Shown in pieces: positions 27,037 through 34,232 of a DNA stretch of 64,000 bases. The first letter of the stretch is position 1. Each line of letters starts with the position of its first letter. A program made the translations under genes and the position numbers. The notes below the pieces were generated by a model. That model was not told where the DNA came from and ran no database searches. It was given only the letters and a program-made list of their open reading frames with translations. Source of the DNA: an uncultured Atopobium sp. (GTDB lineage: Bacteria > Actinomycetota > Coriobacteriia > Coriobacteriales > Atopobiaceae); assembly GCA_902373375.1 (NCBI GenBank), contig CABKMA010000001.1, positions 862-64,861 of the forward strand. The letters are read 5' to 3'.

Positions 27037-27663
27037 TTAATTAAACAATCCGATGTTGTCGCGGATGGCTGCTTGGCGAACGATAGGGTCCTTGATGGCC
27101 AAAATCTCTTCTTTGGTCATCGTCTTAGTGGCCACACCCGCCGCAGGAGCTTTGCCCGCGAGTTGTTTCTTCACGGCATCTTCTACAGCCGCCGTGAAAG
27201 CCGTTGAGAAAGCGTCAACGGACGCCTTTGTTTCCTCCGCAGTTTCACCCACTAAACGCGTGAGAATGTCATCGCTGACTGCGATACCTTGCTCAGAGAG
27301 TTGACGACGAGACTCGGCCACCATTGCGTTTACGGTGTCACGACGCTTGTACTCGTCAAGCTCCTTCTGGACCTTGTCACGTTCGTACTCTGCCTTTTGC
27401 TGAGCGTTCATCTCAGCCAGTTTTGCAGCTTCCTCGACCTTTGCGGCTTGCTGCTTTTCCCACTTCGCGAGACGCTTGGAGATAATCTCGTCAACATCAG
27501 CGTCCGTGTACTTTGGCTGCTGCTTGTTGTCGTCCTGGTTTGGCTCTGTCTGTGTGGTGGTCGCGTTCTTGTTAGCGCCCTCGCCATCCACTACAGAAGT
27601 CTGAGCCTGTTGTGTTGGCTCCGTGGTCTCTGTGGTTGTTGCTGCGTTTGTTTCTGCACCCAT
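27037..27663 (-). CDS. Capsid scaffolding protein (DUF4355-like)
   Basis: KYTDADVDEII.KRLA...EAAKLAEMNA.QKAEYE. Confidence 0.85.
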   Translation of the reverse strand: MGAETNAATTTETTEPTQQAQTSVVDGEGANKNATTTQTEPNQDDNKQQPKYTDADVDEIISKRLAKWEKQQAAKVEEAAKLAEMNAQQKAEYERDKVQKELDEYKRRDTVNAMVAESRRQLSEQGIAVSDDILTRLVGETAEETKASVDAFSTAFTAAVEDAVKKQLAGKAPAAGVATKTMTKEEILAIKDPIVRQAAIRDNIGLFN

Positions 27664-27753
27664 TGTTTTTCTCCTAATCCCCGGCGCTCCAAGGCGCGTC
27701 GGCGTGCCTTTTCTCCTTAGCTTTTAGCGACATCAAAGCTTGGTCGACGCATT

Positions 27754-27778
27754 AAAAAAGCGACCGTCTAGTCGCTTT
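27754..27778 (-). terminator. Terminator-like hairpin at the end of the thioredoxin-like gene
   Basis: AAAGCGAC/GTCGCTTT stem with U-tract on the minus strand. Confidence 0.6.
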
Positions 27779-28037
27779 CAATACACAGTTCAACGATTTT
27801 CTCTAGTACCTCGTCCGTGGGACATCCTCGGCAACGCATGAGCTCGCGCTCCCCTGCATCCACAACACACACCGTCGGAAGGTGAGTGATGCTCTTCGCG
27901 TCCCTGGATCTCGGTGAGCAGTCCACGTCGATAATCTCGTACTCGATATCTTCTTCAGATAAAGCCGGCACTACCCTCTTGATAGTCCCGCGGCAAAGAC
28001 TGCACCACTCGGCCATATAGATCACTACTCGCGCCAT
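27768..28037 (-). CDS. Thioredoxin/glutaredoxin-like protein
   Basis: WCSLC CxxC, IDVD, cis-Pro motif HLPT; AGGAGGT RBS. Confidence 0.75.
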   Translation of the reverse strand: MARVVIYMAEWCSLCRGTIKRVVPALSEEDIEYEIIDVDCSPRSRDAKSITHLPTVCVVDAGERELMRCRGCPTDEVLEKIVELCIESD

Positions 28038-28067
28038 ATTCTCACCTCCTAAAATTAAAAAACCTTA

Positions 28068-28097
28068 TTGACTGATATCTAAAAAATAGGGTATATT
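28068..28097 (+). promoter_or_regulatory. Sigma70-type promoter convergent on the MuF 3' end
   Basis: TTGACT (28068-73), 18-nt spacer, TATATT (28092-97). Confidence 0.65.
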
Positions 28098-28102
28098 ACA
28101 GA

Positions 28103-28160
28103 TAAAGCGAGGTACGCCCATCCAGCCAATTGGAAGGACACGGCCTCGCATTCTTTATCT
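28103..28160 (+). ncRNA. Candidate structured small RNA beside the MuF toxin domain
   Basis: Downstream of the promoter; nested stems GCGAGGT/GCCTCGC and TCC/GGA, U-rich tail; no ORF. Confidence 0.4.
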
Positions 28161-29600
28161 CGACAAGAATATCGACTTACTTCCATCGCGATAGATATAT
28201 ATGACTTCAACTGCATATTTCTTCATACGAAACTTGATATCGTCAATAATATCCTGCTCGTCTTTCGTTGCATTATATGATGTAATCACCATGCGAGACT
28301 CTGACGGATTTATTCCGAGTTTTTTCCATTTGTGATATCCGTCGCGCATTCTGTCTTCAACGGCATGCTTTCCATCTCCGACATTCTTCATCTCCCACTT
28401 TTGTCTTTTTGGACCAAGCTCAAGATCTATATTCGCCGGGGCATCTGGATCTTCTCCAGAAACAACAACTTTATAGCCAAACCGCACCAAATCATCAACA
28501 GTTTTTACTTCATGCGGTTCGAGGTTATCTCTAGGCTTTTCATAAGTAACACTTCCTTCACCTGGCTTTGGATTAAGTGGGTTACCTGAGAGCTCGCCAA
28601 TCTTACGCTTGCTTGCTTTCTTCGCTCCAACGCCTTCCCAATTCTCGCGAGCATCTTCCGTAGCTTTCTGTCTCGCCAGCTCCTCCTGCTTCTGCTGCCA
28701 GGCGTCCCAATCGTCCACAGCTGGCGCAATCTGACAGCGGCAATATGGATGGAGCGGCGGGAAGTTCACGCCCACTTGCATATCCTCGAAACGGAACGTC
28801 TTACCCTCAACACCGTGGCACTGCTCACAAGCTTTGCCGTCGTGTACTGCTTGCATGGTATAAGAATCAAAGCCTTCACGCTTCAATTCCTCAACCTGCG
28901 CCATTCGTGAGACGTAAGTTCCCTCGGTGTAGACCAGGCGCATGAGTGACGATTGCGGAACGTCCACAAAACGCTTCTCAAGAGCCTTCGCGATTCGCTG
29001 GTATGAATCACCGCGCGCGAGTGCCTTCGACATGTCCTGCGCCACGTAAGACGCGAGGGTCTCCGTGTTATCCCAGATGCGCTGAGAGTATGAGGTGTTG
29101 CCCGTCCACACTGTATCGACAAAACGGCGAACCGCGTCAGAGTCCATGCTGTAGAACGCTCGACCAAATCCCATCGCTTCAGCCGCTGTGTTTGCACCGC
29201 GTAGAGACTGGCGCATGATGTGGTTGTCTATGCGCTGAACCATGTCTCCTGTGGCTTGGTAGAGGTGCAAGCGCGCAGACGCCTGCAAGCCTTCGAGCCT
29301 GTTCAGTTGGTAGATGCTCTTACGCACATCCACAATGGACTGCATATCCGGGTGCTGGCGTAGAAACTCGTCACAGTCGCGAATAAGGAGCTCACGGTCT
29401 TTCGAGTCCATCGTCTCCATGAGACGGCGATACTCCAGGACGCCATTCTCTCCGTAGCGCTGATAATACTCCGCAATCTCGCGGTTCAAGCGGCGGAGCT
29501 CGCTCTCGTAGGCGTTATGGACGCGTAGCGACAGAGCGCGTTCGTCTTTTTCCATCGCTGCGTCAGCGAGTGTTTGGCGGCTGTGCCAATACGAGTCCAT
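28155..29600 (-). CDS. MuF/SPP1 gp7-like minor head protein with C-terminal CdiA-like PD-(D/E)xK nuclease (toxin) domain
   Basis: RLVYTE, C..C...FPPLHPYCRC MuF core; ~170-aa extension with E..T...L...GYKV...IDLE...WEMK. Confidence 0.8.
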   Translation of the reverse strand: MDSYWHSRQTLADAAMEKDERALSLRVHNAYESELRRLNREIAEYYQRYGENGVLEYRRLMETMDSKDRELLIRDCDEFLRQHPDMQSIVDVRKSIYQLNRLEGLQASARLHLYQATGDMVQRIDNHIMRQSLRGANTAAEAMGFGRAFYSMDSDAVRRFVDTVWTGNTSYSQRIWDNTETLASYVAQDMSKALARGDSYQRIAKALEKRFVDVPQSSLMRLVYTEGTYVSRMAQVEELKREGFDSYTMQAVHDGKACEQCHGVEGKTFRFEDMQVGVNFPPLHPYCRCQIAPAVDDWDAWQQKQEELARQKATEDARENWEGVGAKKASKRKIGELSGNPLNPKPGEGSVTYEKPRDNLEPHEVKTVDDLVRFGYKVVVSGEDPDAPANIDLELGPKRQKWEMKNVGDGKHAVEDRMRDGYHKWKKLGINPSESRMVITSYNATKDEQDIIDDIKFRMKKYAVEVIYIYRDGSKSIFLSR

Positions 29601-29608
29601 GTTGCTCC

Positions 29609-31174
29609 TTACTTAACAACTTCTGGCATAGCATCGCCCAGAAGAATCGAGCGTGCTTTGTCATGATCTACTCCAATAGACGCACTAATGACGCTTATCG
29701 CCTGAGCTTCTGACAGGCTTCCCGCGGCATACTGTGCAATGACAGAGAGAAGTGATTGGGTCTGTGCTCCGTTGAGCGACTTCAGACCTCCTCCATCACT
29801 CGCCCCTCCGTCTGTACGGTCTGGGACCATCTGCGCAGCCTGCTCGGCGCGTTCATCGGCCATACGCTGCATTTCAGCTTGTGGCGAATCAACACACGAC
29901 AGAACAGACAGCTGCGTCTCCTCGGATGTAATGCCGGAGAGGTTGCCAGCAATCTGAGACTCTTCGAGCAGGTTCGATGGTAGGTTGCGCGTGAAGGTGG
30001 CGCGGACGGTCGTCCATGCCTTAGCGTCTAGGCGTGTATTTCCTGCATAGTTACAAAGCAACTTCCAGCGCCTAGAGAGTGAACGACGGAACTTCCTCTG
30101 CTTTACTACGGCAATATCGCTCATAGCCTGCAGGCGGTACTTGATGGCAATGCCGGAGCTGGTATCGAACTTCTCGCTTGAGAGGTCTGACACCATCGAC
30201 AGAACGAAGATAAGACGCTCCACGCGATCAATGAAATTTTCCTGTGTGCCGTCTGCGTCAGGCTTAGACAGAAACTCAACGATGACGTTTGCCGCGTCCC
30301 TCGAGTCTAGATTGATGATGCGCGAGTCTCTCAGATTCTGCAGTGTCTTCTCGTCCAGACGTGCGCCGAGAATCTTAAGATAAGCGTCTGCGTAGTACTC
30401 GACATCGTTGGCCTTCTCGGAGATGGCTTTGTTATACGCGTTAATAAGCGACATGACGCCCTCAAACAATCCCAGGCGCTCCTCATTGTCTACATACTCA
30501 ACCACAGGCACATCGTCAAAGCCGTGGATGACAGGCTCACCGAAGACGACCTTCGAGCCGTCCATCACAAACGGTGTCTCGAACATAGGGTCATAGAGTG
30601 TTCCGCGAAGCGTGTCCTTCTTGTCGTCGAAAAGGTTATCGTCGAGCCAGAAGCGCACCGCGTAGATGATGTCGCTCTTTACCGTGTCATCGCGAACAAC
30701 GAAACAATTCAGCGGTGTCACGGAGCAAGAACACGCGAAAGCTTCCTCGTCGCGCCACATCAGCTCGTAGCCTGCGCCGTAGATGTCCGCGAGTTTAGAA
30801 AGCTCTGCGTCTAAGTCGTCAGAGTCATTGACCGCACCCCATACATCCAGATACTCCGCAAACGCTTCATTGTCTGCCGTAATACGGATAGGAATACCGA
30901 GAAAGTAGCCGACCATTGAGTCCACGATCTGCTTGGCGAAGTTGGCCACGAGCCTGTTGTCCGGTTTGTATTCTGCCTTCTTCTCTTGGTGCAGAATGTC
31001 GTGGTCGCCCTCGTATGCTTTGCGAAGACTGGACAAGCGGTTAACCTGCTTCGAGCGATAGTCCGTAATGAGCTTTCCGAGAAGCTCTGCAGTCATCTGT
31101 GTGTCTTTTGGTAGGCGATAGCCGCCCCTTTGCTCAAACGTGGAAGCGTTTGCTCCCTTAACGTCAGCATCCAC
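29609..31174 (-). CDS. Portal protein (SPP1 gp6-like)
   Basis: Y.GDHDIL, NRLVANFAKQIVD..GYFLG, VPVVEY.DNEER.G.FE, LINAYN..ISEKAND. Confidence 0.92.
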   Translation of the reverse strand: MDADVKGANASTFEQRGGYRLPKDTQMTAELLGKLITDYRSKQVNRLSSLRKAYEGDHDILHQEKKAEYKPDNRLVANFAKQIVDSMVGYFLGIPIRITADNEAFAEYLDVWGAVNDSDDLDAELSKLADIYGAGYELMWRDEEAFACSCSVTPLNCFVVRDDTVKSDIIYAVRFWLDDNLFDDKKDTLRGTLYDPMFETPFVMDGSKVVFGEPVIHGFDDVPVVEYVDNEERLGLFEGVMSLINAYNKAISEKANDVEYYADAYLKILGARLDEKTLQNLRDSRIINLDSRDAANVIVEFLSKPDADGTQENFIDRVERLIFVLSMVSDLSSEKFDTSSGIAIKYRLQAMSDIAVVKQRKFRRSLSRRWKLLCNYAGNTRLDAKAWTTVRATFTRNLPSNLLEESQIAGNLSGITSEETQLSVLSCVDSPQAEMQRMADERAEQAAQMVPDRTDGGASDGGGLKSLNGAQTQSLLSVIAQYAAGSLSEAQAISVISASIGVDHDKARSILLGDAMPEVVK

Positions 31175-32457
31175 TAAATGCCTCCTCTAAATAGTCGAAT
31201 GGTCGGCGCATTGTCGTGCAATCTGATAGCGCACGAGAGGGAATCAGGCGCGTCATCGTGCTCCGCTCCCTCGGTGAAGTCCATGACTTCGTTCCAGTAA
31301 TTGACGCTGGCTTCGCGGACACTCTCAAGCCTGGACAGCTTGGACCATGTACCGCGACCATACGTCGCAATCTTTATGAACTTGTTGGCGGTCTCTGAGT
31401 ATGTATGGACGGGCAATCCGTACCCGTCGAGCTTGTCGGCCACGTATCCTTTATCCGCGTTCTTCTCCATGTACACCGTGCCAAGTCTCAGCTCGCGGTG
31501 AAGCTCCAAGATGCGCGCCATGCATCTATCAACGTGCGTCTCGCGGTACAGCTCACCGTGAACATAAGCTTTATCGTCCATCCACTTGATACACGTGATG
31601 GCCGTACCGTCTGAACCGCCGTAGGCCGCATCCACATGCATAATGCCATCGTAGAGAAGGCTCTCGTCTTTGAAGGTCTTACAATCGCCCTCGAAGACCA
31701 CGCCCTCCTCTGCCACGTGGCGCAGTTCGTAGTTAGCCGCAAAAAGTGAGTGCGTCATTGACGCCTTCAGTTCTGTGGCAGCGTCCACACTCACGAGCCC
31801 CGTGGTATCCCATGGCCACTTCTCAGCGGGTGGCATGATCGTGAACGCGTCATCTTTATGCCACGGGGTTCCCGTGTTGATGATGCGTCCGCCGCGGTTC
31901 TTGACGTTCTGAAGCTCGCGGTAAATCTGCTTTGTGCGCTCACGCTCAGCGCGGCTCACGCGGTCGCGCAATGTGACGATGTCATCCGTAAAGATGATGT
32001 CCCAGTGCTTACCAGTAAGCGAACCACCAATGCCGATGCCCGTCAGCTGTGGTGAGCCGGAGACATTACACGCCAGGCTCGTCGAGATTGCCGTGGAGCT
32101 TGCCGTGGTCAGCTTCAGTGGCTGGCTGTAGATGCTCTGTGCAATCTCCTGAGTAAGCGGATGTTCAACCATGCGACGGACTGCCGCGAGTACTTCCGCG
32201 ACGTCATTCTCGCCTTTGCGTTGGAATCCCACGGTCAAGTCTGGACGGGTGAGCAATATCAACCACAGAGCCACCTCGACGCAGGTCGTCTTGTATGAAC
32301 CACGGTGAGATTGAAGCGTCATGTCACCGTGGCCAAACACCATCGCGTGGATCCATCTATCGTGAAGTCCTTCGCGCAGAAGGTCGTAACCAAGCTCATG
32401 CGCCAAGCGCACCGGATGCTTGGTCATAAGCGTCGCGAGTGCTCTATTGGTCTCCAT
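31174..32457 (-). CDS. Terminase large subunit
   Basis: RGSYKTT Walker A, IFTDD Walker B, GTPWH, HVDAAYGG.D, HDDAPDS nuclease motifs. Confidence 0.9.
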   Translation of the reverse strand: METNRALATLMTKHPVRLAHELGYDLLREGLHDRWIHAMVFGHGDMTLQSHRGSYKTTCVEVALWLILLTRPDLTVGFQRKGENDVAEVLAAVRRMVEHPLTQEIAQSIYSQPLKLTTASSTAISTSLACNVSGSPQLTGIGIGGSLTGKHWDIIFTDDIVTLRDRVSRAERERTKQIYRELQNVKNRGGRIINTGTPWHKDDAFTIMPPAEKWPWDTTGLVSVDAATELKASMTHSLFAANYELRHVAEEGVVFEGDCKTFKDESLLYDGIMHVDAAYGGSDGTAITCIKWMDDKAYVHGELYRETHVDRCMARILELHRELRLGTVYMEKNADKGYVADKLDGYGLPVHTYSETANKFIKIATYGRGTWSKLSRLESVREASVNYWNEVMDFTEGAEHDDAPDSLSCAIRLHDNAPTIRLFRGGI

Positions 32458-32857
32458 CGCTCTCTACCTCGTCGAGCAAACTCTTGAACGCGGCGCTGGC
32501 TTCCTTAGCGTTGGCGGATACTTCCATTTGTTGCACAGGCTTCTGTCCTGAAGAATCGCGAACGAACTCAGCCGCGCGGACATCTCCTTCAAGCGCCTGG
32601 GTGAGCATGGCAAGCGCCATGGCTTCACTGGCGGTCACGTTCTTTCCCGTGAGCCCTGAGATAGTAGACGCTTGCGAGAGCTTGCCAGGCTTCATCGGCA
32701 TGGCCAAGAGATCTAGAAGCGTCTCGCGAATCTCACGCCTGCGCTTCTGAACCACGTTAGACTTCTCGCCACCTTTGCGACCCATCGCACTTAGCTCTGC
32801 TTTAGTACGCTTGCTGTTAGGCTTCAGGTTCTTCGCCGCGTTCGGATTATTTGCCAT
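32444..32857 (-). CDS. Terminase small subunit
   Basis: NLKP...GRKGG, ALEGDVRAAEFVRD..GQKP; directly upstream of terL. Confidence 0.75.
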   Translation of the reverse strand: MANNPNAAKNLKPNSKRTKAELSAMGRKGGEKSNVVQKRRREIRETLLDLLAMPMKPGKLSQASTISGLTGKNVTASEAMALAMLTQALEGDVRAAEFVRDSSGQKPVQQMEVSANAKEASAAFKSLLDEVESDGDQ

Positions 32858-32974
32858 TCGTGAATAAACCTCTCCACTTATGCATAAAAATGAATATTGA
32901 GCTAACAAAAAAGCGCCCTCATTTCTGAGAGCGCCCGAGTCGCTTTGTTAACTTTCGTACATTCCTACGGTATC

Positions 32975-33031
32975 AAGATAGCACGTTTTAATATGAATAT
33001 AACTGTAATATTATGCATGATTTATGAATAT
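32975..33031 (-). promoter_or_regulatory. Putative late promoter with upstream activator repeats
   Basis: Extended -10 TGcTATCTT (32983-32975); TATGAATAT repeated at 32992 and 33023 in an AT-rich block just after the RinA-like gene. Confidence 0.5.
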
Positions 33032-33468
33032 TATTCTTGATTTATACACAGCTTAGCAATACCCACTGCGTTTGTAAACTCCAAAGAACGTTCGCGCAGC
33101 TTGAACGCTTGACGCATAGAAACATGCGCCCTCTTGGCCGTCTCCGCCCACGTGTAACCTTCGACGAAGTACAACTGCATCACGAGGGCCGCGTCTTGGC
33201 CAAGAGCTTCGCCGATTGTGTTGCACGCGGAGTATCCGTCAAGAATGACGCTCTCCAATTCATCCAATAAACCCTCTAGAAATGCCTGTGCGGTCATTTC
33301 CGCTATGCTTACACGCGCCGTCGGGTCAGAAGTCGAATTCTTAGCTCCCGCGCTGCCTGAAGCCTTTAGAGGTTCTCTAACGGCGTCCAGCCTGTTGCGC
33401 GCGCTTTCGATGTCTTTCGCGGCCTGGCGAATACTACCCCACCATTCCTCACCTGTCACGCCTATCAC
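33031..33468 (-). CDS. Late transcriptional activator (RinA/ArpU-like)
   Basis: TSDPTAR, C-terminal LYFVEG.TW.E.A HTH; last gene before terS. Confidence 0.65.
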   Translation of the reverse strand: MIGVTGEEWWGSIRQAAKDIESARNRLDAVREPLKASGSAGAKNSTSDPTARVSIAEMTAQAFLEGLLDELESVILDGYSACNTIGEALGQDAALVMQLYFVEGYTWAETAKRAHVSMRQAFKLRERSLEFTNAVGIAKLCINQE

Positions 33469-33986
33469 CTCGCCTTTTCTTGCAACTCTTCAACACAAAA
33501 CCAAATGCCTTGCGGGTCTTTGTAGCCTTTTGCGATGTGCTCGTCCACGATGAAACGGTCGTCTTCAATTATCCCACACCTGGTCAGACAGTCTTCAAAC
33601 GTCTTCAGCATGTTCGACATATCCGGCTTCTCCATCATCGGGGTACCATCGGGGTGTAGAACACTTGTTCCAAAACACCATCGCACGCTTAAACGCAGCG
33701 GTCCTTTTGCTAACTTGACGAAATCACGCTGCGCACACACCGTCCGCATCAACCACGTACAGATCTCGTCTTCTGCATCTTTGAGCCTGTCCGACTTACG
33801 GATGGCGGCGTGCGCTCCTTTACCACCGCCCACGATGTACGCCACAAGGGCGTTATGCGTCACGCTAGGCGGCTTCATGGGCAAGAATGCCGACACACGC
33901 CTTTTCGCGTCTTGTGCGGGCTCTGCGTGCCTCTGACGGCCGCCCGCGTTACTTCTTGGGTCAATCACATCAATCAATCTCCTCAA
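33465..33986 (-). CDS. rusA: RusA-family Holliday junction resolvase
   Basis: KPDMSNMLKTFEDCL...GIIEDD...K motif. Confidence 0.85.
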   Translation of the reverse strand: MRRLIDVIDPRSNAGGRQRHAEPAQDAKRRVSAFLPMKPPSVTHNALVAYIVGGGKGAHAAIRKSDRLKDAEDEICTWLMRTVCAQRDFVKLAKGPLRLSVRWCFGTSVLHPDGTPMMEKPDMSNMLKTFEDCLTRCGIIEDDRFIVDEHIAKGYKDPQGIWFCVEELQEKAR

Positions 33987-34232
33987 TGTGAATCGTGAAT
34001 CTCAAAAAAATGAACCGCGCCAATTACGCGGACGCGCGCGGAAATGTTCAAGAGCTTGTGGCAAACGCACACAGGCGTAGCGAAACACATAGCGTAGGGC
34101 GGTTGGCGCGCGCCCTTGGCGCCAACTGCCTAGCCTGTGGCGTATTGTCCAAGGATTGAATACGAAAAAATCACCGTTGCCACCAATATAGGGAGATATA
34201 CCTATATAAGCGGTGTCCCGTTTTTGGTGGCA

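Noticed and set aside
28103..28160. A true tRNA gene
   Set aside because: Too short, no GTTC T-arm or anticodon arm; kept only as a candidate structured RNA
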